DNA of 64,000 nt, from positions 434,001 through 498,000 of the forward strand of contig NW_027191460.1 of assembly GCF_011745625.1 (NCBI RefSeq), read 5' to 3'. A program made the position numbers and the translations under genes. Under the pieces are notes generated by a model, which made no database searches, was not told the origin of the DNA, and saw nothing but the letters and a program-made list of their open reading frames with translations. The DNA comes from Cladosporium halotolerans. Taxonomy: Eukaryota. Of the stretch, positions 1 to 10,226 are shown in pieces. Position 1 is the stretch's first letter. Each line of letters opens with the position of its first letter.

Positions 1-1814
1 CTCTCGACGGAAAAGAAGTCTTCCACGCTGTTGCCGATTTGGACGACAAACGTAGGGTACAAGTGGATTTCCAAGTCAACGACCCTCAGCTATGGTACCC
101 GCACGGTTACGGACAGCAGCCACTATATACCGTGACCGCTACGGTGATCCAAGACGGCCATGAGCTGCACACAGTATCGCATCGCACTGGTTTCAGGCAG
201 ACAGAGCTTGTCCAGCAACCAGATTCTGTTGGCAAGACCTTCTACTTCCGCGTAAATGGTGTCGATGTCTTTTGTGGAGGCTCAGACTGGATTCCAGCCG
301 ACAGTTTCACTCCTAGAATCTCCGAAGATCGTTATAGAAAATGGCTCGAAATGATGGTCGACGGGTATCAAGTCATGATTCGAATTTGGGGTGGCGGCAT
401 ATGGGAGGATGATGTCTTCTACGACATCTGCGACGAGCTCGGTGTCTTGGTATGGCAAGACTTCATGTTCGGCTGTGGCAATTATCCAGCATACCCAGAG
501 ATTCTCAAGTCGATCGAGGCCGAGTGCGTCTGCCAGACCAAACGTCTCAGGCACCACCCCAGCATGGCCATCTACGCGGGCAACAACGAGGACTACCAAG
601 TCCAAGAGCAATACAAACTGACCTACAACTACGAAGACAAGAACCCCTCCAACTGGCTCAAAACCGACTTTCCCGCCCGCTACATCTACGAAAAGCTGCT
701 CCCAGACGTCGTCGCCGCGCACTCCCCCCACATCCCCTACCACCCGGGCTCGCCCTGGGGCGACGGCCTCGTCTCCTCCAACCCCACCGTCGGCGACATG
801 CACCAGTGGAACGTGTGGCACGGCACGCAGGAGAAGTACCAGATCTTCGACACCCTCGGCGGCCGCTTCAACAGCGAGTTCGGCATGGAGGCCTTCCCGC
901 ACATCGACACTATCCGCCACTATGTGACGGACGAGTCGCAGCTGTACCCGCAGAGCCACGTGCTGGACTTCCACAATAAGGCTGATGGCCACGAGCGCCG
1001 CATCGCGACGTACCTGGTCGAGAATTTCCGCACCGAGACGGACCTCGAGAAGTTCATCCATCTCACGCAGCTTAGCCAGGCTGAGGCGCTGATGTTCGGG
1101 TACCGCGGCTGGAGGCGGCAGTGGGGACAGGAGAGGTTCTGTGGTGGGGCGCTGGTCTGGCAGCTGAATGATTGCTGGCCGGTGACTTCGTGGTCGATTG
1201 TGGACTATTTCCGCCGCAAGAAGCCGGCGTACTATGCGATGCGCAGAGTGCTGGCGCCCATCGCGGTCGCAGTCAAGCGTGCGCATCATGATTGGAGTGT
1301 CGTGCACGCTCGGCCCGCGAAGACGAGCGACTATGAGATGTGGGTTGCGAGCAGCAAGACCGAAGAGCTCGTCGCGACTGTGGAGCTGAGGTACATTTCA
1401 ATTGCTACGGGCAAGGAGATCAAGCCTGCTGTGGTGAAGAAAGACGTGAAGATCGTCGCCAACGGCACGACGGACGTATTCAAGGGCACGATCGACAACA
1501 CTGCGGAGGAAGCCCACGTTCTGGCTGCGCGCATCTGGGTGGATGGCGAGATTGTGTCGCGAGACACCGATTGGCCGCAGCCTCTCAAGTACCTGGACTT
1601 CTCTGACCGTGGCGTCGAAGTTATTCCGGAAGGCAACACGATCAGAGTGAAGGCAGATCGTCCTACGAAGGGTCTGGTCTTCGAGGAAAGGCAAGGGGTG
1701 CTCGTGCACGACAGCGCGATTGACGTGGTACCGGGCGACGAGCAAGTGATCAAAGTGAGAGGACTAGGTCAGAATGACCAGGCACTGGAGTGGAGATATT
1801 TGGGAAAACCATAA
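1..1814 (+). CDS. Beta-mannosidase, glycoside hydrolase family 2 (5'-truncated by the window edge)
   Basis: Frame is open from position 3. GH2 mannosidase motifs LWYPHGYG, GSDWIPAD, IRIWGGG, WQDFMF, RLRHHPS, AGNNED (acid/base), SEFG (nucleophile) and LVWQLND. Confidence 0.92.
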   Translation, partial: LDGKEVFHAVADLDDKRRVQVDFQVNDPQLWYPHGYGQQPLYTVTATVIQDGHELHTVSHRTGFRQTELVQQPDSVGKTFYFRVNGVDVFCGGSDWIPADSFTPRISEDRYRKWLEMMVDGYQVMIRIWGGGIWEDDVFYDICDELGVLVWQDFMFGCGNYPAYPEILKSIEAECVCQTKRLRHHPSMAIYAGNNEDYQVQEQYKLTYNYEDKNPSNWLKTDFPARYIYEKLLPDVVAAHSPHIPYHPGSPWGDGLVSSNPTVGDMHQWNVWHGTQEKYQIFDTLGGRFNSEFGMEAFPHIDTIRHYVTDESQLYPQSHVLDFHNKADGHERRIATYLVENFRTETDLEKFIHLTQLSQAEALMFGYRGWRRQWGQERFCGGALVWQLNDCWPVTSWSIVDYFRRKKPAYYAMRRVLAPIAVAVKRAHHDWSVVHARPAKTSDYEMWVASSKTEELVATVELRYISIATGKEIKPAVVKKDVKIVANGTTDVFKGTIDNTAEEAHVLAARIWVDGEIVSRDTDWPQPLKYLDFSDRGVEVIPEGNTIRVKADRPTKGLVFEERQGVLVHDSAIDVVPGDEQVIKVRGLGQNDQALEWRYLGKP

Positions 1815-1905
1815 TGATATTAAAAACTGTTTGAAAGGTCTTCTCTATGGAAATACAATAGTCTGAACAGTCTGAGCGCGATGGTAACACCAGAAAAGAA
1901 AACAT

Positions 1906-3294
1906 TTACATTCTGAAATTTCTGGCCGCTTCCGCAGTCTCCGCTGACACAAACTCAGTGGACAAGGTACTGTAATCGATGTCTCCATAGTCGTTGGTAG
2001 TACCGTCGAACATGCTCATAACCGCTTCAGCCATGTCATTGCCAATGGAGCCAAAGCTGCCGATAGCAGCAGCACCCTCGTTTGGGATGACTTGCGCCTG
2101 CATGCCGGCGAAAAGGTCTTGTCCAGTAGGCACAGGGAAGCTGTAGCCATAGTCGATGGCAGGGACTTGTGCTGGGACTGGTGCGGCGGAGAATTGCGGT
2201 GCCACGATGGTGGGAATAGCAGGGTTGAAACCAGCCATGATGGGAGCAGCTCCCATGGCCGCGGAGAAGCCAGTGTTGGCAGGCTGGTTGATAGCCCCAA
2301 TCATCGGCCCAAGTGCGACGCGCTTTGGTTCAGGCTGCACCCAATCTGCGGCGCGCTTCGTGCCCCTGCCCGTATTCAGTGGTGCGGGCGGAGAGGGTAG
2401 GACCTCGATCTCGTTGTCGCCAGTGAGGTCGACGACTGTTGAGGGTAACGAGCGGGGAGTTGCCTGTGTGGACGAGGTGACGCTTTTGACGCTGGTGTCG
2501 CCGGTAGCAGCACGAGTAGCCTGTGGCTTCCAGTTCTTGATGGCCTCGGCATTGGCCTCGCGACGTTCTTCCTCATCATCGCCCTCCCGGACAATGACCA
2601 GGTCAGAGGGACGTTCGCCGTTTGGGCCTTCTCCATCGTAGGCGAACGTGTCTGCGGCCTCTTGAGCATCGCGAGGCTCTGGCACGTTGAACAAGGCCTC
2701 AGCAGCCGCGCTCGGCGTCTTGCAATTATCCATGTCGGGGTTGTTGTAGCGCTTGGTGCACGCGAGGGAACTGTTGGCGGGATCGAACTTCCTTCCGCAA
2801 ATGCATGTGCGGAGACTGTCGTTGTGTGCGCTGGAAAATACACAGTGAACTCTGCTCATGTGTTTCCTGAGCCCGATGGCATTGAATTGTCGCTCACAGC
2901 CGTAGCGGCAGCGGTAATGGACCACAGGCTTGGGCGGAGACTTGCTGCCCTTCGGTCTGCCACGGCCACGCTTCTGGGGTGTTGCAAGAGGCTCTGCCTC
3001 AACCGGCTGTTGTACCTCCTGCGGAGGGGTACCAGTACGGACAATTCCTCCTGGGGGAAGAGCCAGAAACGGCTTCCTGGTGATCGTGTTGGTGCTGCCG
3101 CTATCGGCATTGGAGTTGATGTTCTCCGAATGTCCGTCGGAGATAGGGTCGCCGAAGAGGGAATCGACATCTTCCTTGGAAGCGTCCTCTTCGAAGAGAT
3201 AATCGAGACCATTATTGACTTCTTCGGTCGCCATGATGGTGGTACTGTCAGCGACGGTAGAGCTGTCGCTGCAGACGTGTGTGTTGTAGGCCAT
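1906..3294 (-). CDS. Putative DNA-binding protein with an AT-hook and a C2H2-like zinc finger
   Basis: Intronless 462-aa ORF. AT-hook KRGRGRPKG is followed by CRYGC-x11-H-x4-H and a second Cys cluster (CICGRKF). The remainder is acidic or low complexity. Confidence 0.6.
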   Translation of the reverse strand: MAYNTHVCSDSSTVADSTTIMATEEVNNGLDYLFEEDASKEDVDSLFGDPISDGHSENINSNADSGSTNTITRKPFLALPPGGIVRTGTPPQEVQQPVEAEPLATPQKRGRGRPKGSKSPPKPVVHYRCRYGCERQFNAIGLRKHMSRVHCVFSSAHNDSLRTCICGRKFDPANSSLACTKRYNNPDMDNCKTPSAAAEALFNVPEPRDAQEAADTFAYDGEGPNGERPSDLVIVREGDDEEERREANAEAIKNWKPQATRAATGDTSVKSVTSSTQATPRSLPSTVVDLTGDNEIEVLPSPPAPLNTGRGTKRAADWVQPEPKRVALGPMIGAINQPANTGFSAAMGAAPIMAGFNPAIPTIVAPQFSAAPVPAQVPAIDYGYSFPVPTGQDLFAGMQAQVIPNEGAAAIGSFGSIGNDMAEAVMSMFDGTTNDYGDIDYSTLSTEFVSAETAEAARNFRM

Positions 3295-3442
3295 TATGAT
3301 TTGACTTTGTTGCTATTTTGGACTTGAAGTGGACTGTTGGGTAGAAAGGACTTGTGGTACTCTCAGTTGTTCTGTGAAGATAATGTGGCGTTTCTCGCGA
3401 GGGAGAGAGTGGCACTTTAATATATCAGAAGGAGGCCAGAAG

Positions 3443-3604
3443 ATATCTAAGTTTTGCATGAGGACATGCGAACTTGTATGAGGACACAACGTTGAACCTA
3501 GCCGATATGGCGTTTCCAGTGAGGAAACACTCTCTGATATACGAGGGCAGCGGACAGAGAATATCTAACTTTTGCGTGAGGACATGAGGACATGTGTGAG
3601 GACA
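3443..3604. repeat. 44-bp imperfect direct repeat (2 copies, 118 bp apart) carrying five TGAGGACA octamers
   Basis: 3443-3486 and 3561-3604 match at 38/44 positions. TGAGGACA occurs at 3459, 3479, 3577, 3585 and 3597. Confidence 0.8.
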
Positions 3605-4543
3605 TGACCATGAGTTTAAACACCCTTCATGGCGAAGGCTTCCATTCTCAAAGCGCTTTACGGCTGGGGTGCTAGAGTGTTGTCAGCGCTTACGGTAATT
3701 GGAATGAGGTATCTCCCATTGGGAGCAGGTTTTCGAAGGGTTTATGCATTGGAAAGGTCTTCATCGGACATGTTGCAACTGAGGTGCTGCCAATGCCATA
3801 AATCAGAAGGCATGGGGCTCACACCATTGAGACCTTATATTCCGTGCATTGAATTTTCGCTGAGCATGGTCCTCAGGGCGAAGATTGGAAACCAGAAACT
3901 GGAAGACGACGATTACGAGCCCGAAGACTGGGACAGCCTTGAGATCAATGGCGCCGAGGAGGCAGGTGCGTGCCAATGATACAAATGTCATTTTGTAGTG
4001 CTATCAGCGACCCAAGCCCACTGATATCAACACAGAGCCATTGAGAGATCGCGTTTCCCAGGGTAGCCGCGATTTTCGCCCTTCTGACGAACTCCCACGT
4101 CCTATTGTCCTCACCGAGAACCTGGGAAACTTTCAGAATTGATTCCTAAGGCTGTAATAACTGCTACCAGAGGCGCTCCGCTGTCCTCAAGTCGATTGTT
4201 CTTAGCAAGGACAAATCATTGGTAAGTCGGCGTTCGCCCTTTTCTTATCGAGACCGGTGTTTGCTATTGAAATCCTCGTTTTGTGTATTGGTCATTGTGA
4301 GCCTGGAAATAATGTTTGAATAGAGTCAAGAGGAGTATCATGACCGCAATGCTATCAACAATTTTGTTCATATTGTTAGTCGTAGTGATCACAGATGCAG
4401 TCCAAATTGAGTTCATGGAGCTTTGGGCGTCAGTGCTCAACGCTAGGCCCTTCTCGAATTATTTCCTACGAAACATCGATTTTGCGATCGCAAAGAATTG
4501 CGGCAAAGCGACATTGCTCATCTGAAAAAGCCTTTCATCCGTC

Positions 4544-6862
4544 ATGTCAGGCCCGACTCATGGCACTGCCGCTGCGGAAGCACCGGTCGCCGATGTCAAC
4601 AGCAATACCGCTACCGCGAGCAGCAATGCGACAAAAGACGCCGCGACAGTTCTGAAGGAAGCCGAGGCAGCCCAACAAGAGCATGAGCGCACCGTTGGAA
4701 TCACCGCATACGTCTCGCCGGAAGCCCCTGGATTTTCTTGCATTGTAAAGCAGCGCTACACCGATTTTCTCGTCAACGAGATCTTAACTACCGGCGAGGT
4801 CCTCCACCTGACAGAGATCGCCGGACCGGCGCCGAAGAAGACGAGGGAGCAGAAACGTGCGGAAGCACAGGCTGAGGCTGGAGCGAATGGCCAGGCTAAT
4901 AGCGAGGCTGGGCGCAAGAGACAGGCGGAAGAGGGCCAAGGCGAACCAAACGCGAACGGCGGAGCAAGCAAGCGCCAAAAGGTCGAACCAGAGAACATGC
5001 CGTCTCCGGCAGAGATTTCTGCTGCCAAAGATGCGGCTATGTCTTCCGTGGGCTCAGACGACCGCAGTGCTCTTGTATCAATTTTTGGAGAGGCTACAAC
5101 CGAAGACATTGTCAAGCTTTATGGTGATGTAGTGGCTCTCCCCCACCGCAAGCCTCGCGACCACAATGCGATTCAGTCGGAAATCATCTCCGACAAGTCT
5201 AAACGGACTCAAGCCCACATCGCCGTGCGCAAGATATTCCAGTCTAAACTTGAGACTTTGACGATGCAGGACAAGCCGGGAACGATCAGTATACGCGCGG
5301 CGCCAAAGGACAGCGAAAACACTGGCCGCCGCACCGATGCTCCGGAGAATGCAAATGGCTCGAGACAGAAGGTTAAAGTCATGTGGGAAGACCTGGGAGG
5401 GGAGTACCTGCACTTCACACTGTACAAAGAGAACAAGGACACCATGGAAGTTCTGTTCTTCATGGCTACTCAACTCAAGACTAAAGTTTCAAATTTCCAG
5501 TTTGCGGGAACTAAAGACAGACGAGGTGTTACTGTTCAGAGGGTTTCGATTCCTAGAGTCAGGAAGGAGCAAATCATCGGCTTGACAAAATCCGCGAGAG
5601 GCTGGAGAGTGGGCGGCTTCGAGTACAAGAAGCACGGGCTGGAACTTGGAGAGCTCAATGGAAATGAGTTCCTTCTCACGCTACGTGATTGTCATGCGCC
5701 CAACGAGGAAGGATTGAGCCAACAGCAACGGCTTATATCCTTGCAGAATGCAGTCGAAGAGGCGGCGAAGAACTTTGGCGAAAAGGGATTCATCAATTAC
5801 TATGGTCTGCAACGTTTTGGAACTTTCAGCACAGGCACGCATACGACTGGCATGAAAATCTTGCAGGGTGATCTAGAGGGAGCAGTGAACGGTGTGCTTG
5901 CATACCAGGATGCACTGCTACCTGCAAACCAAGACACCTCAACCGAGTCCAAGGTACCTCAAGACGACATTGACCGCGCCGAGGCCATCCGTATCTGGAA
6001 TGAGACTGGTAACAGCCGGCGAGCGCTCGAGATTTTGCCACGTAGGTTCCAAGCAGAGACTTCGATGATTCAGTACCTCGGTAAAAGGGGCAAGAACAAG
6101 GAGCTCATACAGAACAAGGATTGGCAAGGTGCGTTGGCAAGCATTCAGAGGAATCTGAGGCTCATGTATGTCCATGCTTACCAAAGCTTGATCTGGAATA
6201 TTGTCGCTGGCAAGCGCCTGAAGGCCTACGGTCACAGAGCTGTGGAAGGCGATCTCGTCATCGTTGGCGAGAAGGACGAGCCCAAAGCACCTGTCGAGAA
6301 TGAGGTCGACCAGGACGGCGAGCCTGTCATCCGTCCCTCTGGTGATGACTCGGCCAAACCTGAAGATCCTTTCACGCGAGCTCGTCCGCTCAGCAAGGAG
6401 GAAGCCGACAATGGCAAGTTCAACATCTTTGACATCGTACTACCTTTGCCAGGCTGGGATGTTGAATATCCCAAGAACGACATAGGAAAGTACTATGAGG
6501 AGCTCATGGCTTCTGAGCTTGGTGGCGGGCTTGATCCGCACAAGATGCGCCGTAACTGGAAGGATGCATCTCTGTCGGGCTCTTACCGCAAGATGATGTC
6601 CAAGCCCGGGAACTTGGAGGTGTCTGTGAAGAGCTGCAGCGACGAGCTCGAGCAGCTTGTAGAGACGGATGCAGAGAAGATTCTCAGGGAGCAAGGTCAG
6701 ACAACGTCAAATGACGTTGCTGAGACCGGTACAAACGGAGGAAAACTCGCCGTCGTCCTCAAAATGCAGTTGGGAAGCAGCCAGTACGCCACCATGGCCC
6801 TGAGGGAGCTCACCAAGGGCCATGCTCTAGCATACACGCCTGAATTCTCAGTGGCTAGATAG
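4544..6862 (+). CDS. PUS7: TruD-family multisubstrate pseudouridine synthase
   Basis: Motifs KQRYTDFLVNEI, YLHFTLYKENKDT, catalytic AGTKDRRGVTVQ, GFINYYGLQRFG, MYVHAYQS, GSYRK and YATMALRE. Confidence 0.95.
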   Translation: MSGPTHGTAAAEAPVADVNSNTATASSNATKDAATVLKEAEAAQQEHERTVGITAYVSPEAPGFSCIVKQRYTDFLVNEILTTGEVLHLTEIAGPAPKKTREQKRAEAQAEAGANGQANSEAGRKRQAEEGQGEPNANGGASKRQKVEPENMPSPAEISAAKDAAMSSVGSDDRSALVSIFGEATTEDIVKLYGDVVALPHRKPRDHNAIQSEIISDKSKRTQAHIAVRKIFQSKLETLTMQDKPGTISIRAAPKDSENTGRRTDAPENANGSRQKVKVMWEDLGGEYLHFTLYKENKDTMEVLFFMATQLKTKVSNFQFAGTKDRRGVTVQRVSIPRVRKEQIIGLTKSARGWRVGGFEYKKHGLELGELNGNEFLLTLRDCHAPNEEGLSQQQRLISLQNAVEEAAKNFGEKGFINYYGLQRFGTFSTGTHTTGMKILQGDLEGAVNGVLAYQDALLPANQDTSTESKVPQDDIDRAEAIRIWNETGNSRRALEILPRRFQAETSMIQYLGKRGKNKELIQNKDWQGALASIQRNLRLMYVHAYQSLIWNIVAGKRLKAYGHRAVEGDLVIVGEKDEPKAPVENEVDQDGEPVIRPSGDDSAKPEDPFTRARPLSKEEADNGKFNIFDIVLPLPGWDVEYPKNDIGKYYEELMASELGGGLDPHKMRRNWKDASLSGSYRKMMSKPGNLEVSVKSCSDELEQLVETDAEKILREQGQTTSNDVAETGTNGGKLAVVLKMQLGSSQYATMALRELTKGHALAYTPEFSVAR

Positions 6863-7035
6863 AATTTCACTGGATTTCACGATTGTCTGCCTGCTGTATG
6901 ATTGGGAAACGATTTATCCGTTTGATACCAAGGAATCTATACTCGCCATGTGATTTCGTTCAAATTCACCACGATAGGCTGCAACGCTGGTTTCAAGTAA
7001 GTACCTAGGTAGTCCACACCAGTGGTAATCATGCC

Positions 7036-8106
7036 CTAACCCATGAGCTGGCCAAGATCATCTGGAGGCCACCGAGTCTGAGCAAAGCTCAAGCATCGTT
7101 TGATGCCCTGCAGCATCTTCCGTGTGATCTCGTCTGACATGATATGCGCGGCGTTTTCGTTCTCATTCAGCTTCTCTCGTGCGCTTCGCTCGTGAATGCC
7201 AACCATGGTCACACCGATCGGCCAGGCAGCTTTACCAATACTCAACCGCAGATATGCGTCGTTCGCATGCACGTACCGTTTGAGTTGAGCCAAATGTACG
7301 ATCTCCATGACGGCTTTCAGGATATCGTCGTGTAGGTCTTGAGGCCTTTCGAGCTTCTTGATAAGCGGGCGCAAGTTCTCTCGTGCGGACATGAAGTTAT
7401 TCGCGGCTTGCTTGCCAGAAAAAGATTCTTTGACTTCTCGCGGACGACGTGCTAATGCATTCTGCCACTCGCGCAGTACAAGGTCAAAGTAGCTGGCCAG
7501 TTGACGGTGTAGGAATTTGCGCTCGGTGGGATCTGAGGGGACGTCCGTAGGGATCTTCATGTCTTTCTCCTCCAGAAGGTCCAGACTGGTGGGTATAGGC
7601 CCGTCGCTGAGTTTTGGTGCGAGAGCCTTTTCATTCAGCTTTCGCCATCTTCGTAGTCGTTGCGCGTGAGATTCACCGAACAGGATTCTCGGTTCGCTCA
7701 TGTCTTTGAGTTTGGCCTGCAGCTCCTCCTCTGAGACGTCCGTCTGCCCATCCTCGACAGGCTCAGTACTCTCGCTCTTCTCCTTCACGAGCTCTGGCAA
7801 GCCAAGGCGCTTTCTCCTCTGGCGATCCTCAGCTTCTTCTTCCTCCTCCCTGATCTTTTTGCTTTCAACAGCTAATCGTGCCTTCTTCTCCTCTCGCTCG
7901 GCCTTGCGTGCAGCTTCTTCATCATCTCGCTTCCGCTTCCTCTCTAGCCTTTCAATACGCGCTTTCTCAGCTTCTTCCTGCTCTTTCAGATACGCTTCCT
8001 GTCTTTGCGCCTCGATCTCAGATCTTTTGAGATACTTCTTTCCCTCTCCGCCGCTAGGTGTCTTCGACGCCGCAATCTGCGACTTCATTAACGACGCGAA
8101 GTCCAT
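7036..8106 (-). CDS. PRP18: Pre-mRNA splicing factor 18
   Basis: Likely start MDFASLMKSQI at 8106. PRP4-like segment EPRILFGES and Prp18 signature ANDAYLRLSIGKAAWPIGVTMVGIHERSAREK. Confidence 0.95.
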   Translation of the reverse strand: MDFASLMKSQIAASKTPSGGEGKKYLKRSEIEAQRQEAYLKEQEEAEKARIERLERKRKRDDEEAARKAEREEKKARLAVESKKIREEEEEAEDRQRRKRLGLPELVKEKSESTEPVEDGQTDVSEEELQAKLKDMSEPRILFGESHAQRLRRWRKLNEKALAPKLSDGPIPTSLDLLEEKDMKIPTDVPSDPTERKFLHRQLASYFDLVLREWQNALARRPREVKESFSGKQAANNFMSARENLRPLIKKLERPQDLHDDILKAVMEIVHLAQLKRYVHANDAYLRLSIGKAAWPIGVTMVGIHERSAREKLNENENAAHIMSDEITRKMLQGIKRCLSFAQTRWPPDDLGQLMG

Positions 8107-8399
8107 GATGGACAATTTTGACGGTGTAGGTCCTGTTTGACGCGTGACTGCTGTGATATGGATGTTGAAAGGTCGCGTTGCTGATTGCGAAAGTGAGGTC
8201 ACCGCCAAGCACCGAGGCTTCACCCTCTCATTGGAGCGCAAAGCTCGAAAGCTCCAACGTTGTTGCTGTTCCCAATACAACGACTTTTCTCGAGCCACAA
8301 CATCACCTCAACAGCTTTCACGTCTCTCGATTCGTTGCGACTTACATGACATAATCGTCACGACATACTTCGACACGCTCACTTGGATCACCGTCAACA

Positions 8400-9149
8400 A
8401 TGGCCCTCCAACCGTCAGCCGGCGACAAGGTCGACCGCGAGTCTACTCCACCCTTCCTTTTGCGAATCTTCTGGCGCTCGAACCGCCCTCTCGACCCCTA
8501 TGAGTTTTCTGTCGCGCCCCCTGCAGATGCAACCGCGTCCATGGAATATTTCGAGATCTTGCCATCAAACATCCAGCAGTACAGCCTGGAGCTCTACCAG
8601 TGGCCCGATTGCACGCTCGGCCAGCTCACATCAACATTGATGAGCGAGCTGCCCGCCGACGCTGGTGTAGAGGTGGGCTCGAGGCTGGTGTTCAAACTCA
8701 TATTCCCGGACACGAGGGCACAGATGGGCGAAGGCGGAAGAGGCAAATGGATTGATAAGCCGCTAGGTTCAGTGGTGGTTGGCGGCCGAGACGCGGAGTA
8801 TGAAGAAAACGATCTGTTGGAGGGCGACGCGAACAAAACTTTGGCCGATGCACGCTTCGTCATTGGCGACTACGTCGCATGCGCTATCTACCCTCCTGGA
8901 CCCGACGGGCGCGTACCGCCCATGCCTGCAGGTAGAGCTGGAAGGGATCCATATGCCGCGCCAAGAGGACCTCCTAGGGAAAACGGGTATGGCGGATATG
9001 GTAGAGGTGGTGGATATGGAGGTCCGAGAGGCGGCTACGGCGGTGGCCGTGGGCCTATGGGCGCCGCTCCCCCACCAGGAGACTGGAGAAGAGGCGAGAG
9101 GCCTAGCGCACCTGGAGGTGGCTATAGGAATGGAAGAGGCCGTTACTAA
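8400..9149 (+). CDS. SAP18: Sin3-associated polypeptide SAP18 with an RGG-rich tail
   Basis: Motifs VDRESTPPFLLRIF, LYQWPDCTLGQL and KTLADARFVIGDYVACAI, followed by a Gly/Arg/Tyr-rich C-terminus. Confidence 0.88.
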   Translation: MALQPSAGDKVDRESTPPFLLRIFWRSNRPLDPYEFSVAPPADATASMEYFEILPSNIQQYSLELYQWPDCTLGQLTSTLMSELPADAGVEVGSRLVFKLIFPDTRAQMGEGGRGKWIDKPLGSVVVGGRDAEYEENDLLEGDANKTLADARFVIGDYVACAIYPPGPDGRVPPMPAGRAGRDPYAAPRGPPRENGYGGYGRGGGYGGPRGGYGGGRGPMGAAPPPGDWRRGERPSAPGGGYRNGRGRY

Positions 9150-10226
9150 ACGCCTGAGCCTCCATACTCTCCTTGCTCGCTCAGAACGTCGTTCGGAATC
9201 AGGGAGGAATGTTCACGTACCAATTTGAGCTGTGACCCAAACACAAGAAGAGGCACCCAGTTGCCGCGCTCGATGAGATGTCTCAGATCAAGAAAATTGT
9301 CTGACGCGTGGCTTGAGCTAGGAATTCAGTTCTCGACTTCTGAGAACTATGAGGCTCATGAAACACTTGGCGACCGCAACACCTGCACTGGAGCGGAGAA
9401 AAGCCCAAAGGAAAGGATTACTCGGCTTCGAGTGCTTGGCCAAAGCCGGCGGCTACCAACAGGGCCGCACCAATTATGCTAGAACCTGCAACCCAGCCTT
9501 GGAGCAAGATTCAGTGCATCGACATGGGCATCAAGTTTGAGCCAGTCGTTGCGTTTCCAATCCAGTCCCACTGCTGCTCAGGAGGCAGACCATGGCACAA
9601 TAAAATGCAGATACCCATCAAATCGAGAGAGCAGGTAATTCAGATGTTCATATGGCGCGTGTCAACGCGACCTTCACACACGGTGCCGAAACGAATGGAG
9701 CAGACACCTCAGATATCCAAGCCTCGCCCACCATCGCGGATCTCACAATTAGATGAATTCGAACGCCCGTATGTGGGCGAATCTGGGGCAAGCTACCTGT
9801 CTACTCTGCCGTCGTGGATGCTGAAGGTCGAGGTGGAGGATGACAATCATGCCCACAAGAATCGGTATGGGAAGCGGACGGGATTGGCGGCGAATAGGTT
9901 TAGGTACATCATTTTGTAGGGGAATTCATGGCGACTAGTGATTTGACGGCTCTCAGATGAAGCGACCTTGGAGAGTCTAGGTCCTTGCTACATGCCCAGA
10001 ACAGGTACAAGAGCGTAATACCATTCGGTCTGGTTATTGTCAAACGGCTGTTCGCTTGCGAAGGGCGCGGGTCTCGAAGTATCATGTCTGTATTATTAAT
10101 ATTTGGTGAAATACACATCAATGGCTTGAACCATAGAGAACTGCCCAGTGACTTTACCCAGTGAACGCCAATGCTAAAGAAATAAACGAATACGTGGAAT
10201 CACCGATAGATGCTGTTCGCGAATCT

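Noticed and set aside
3629..3979. 116-aa + strand ORF
   Set aside because: No recognisable domain or clear codon bias. It may be spurious or a gene remnant.
9225..10121. Several 60-150 aa ORFs between SAP18 and the next gene
   Set aside because: No motifs and no convincing splice pattern; treated as intergenic.
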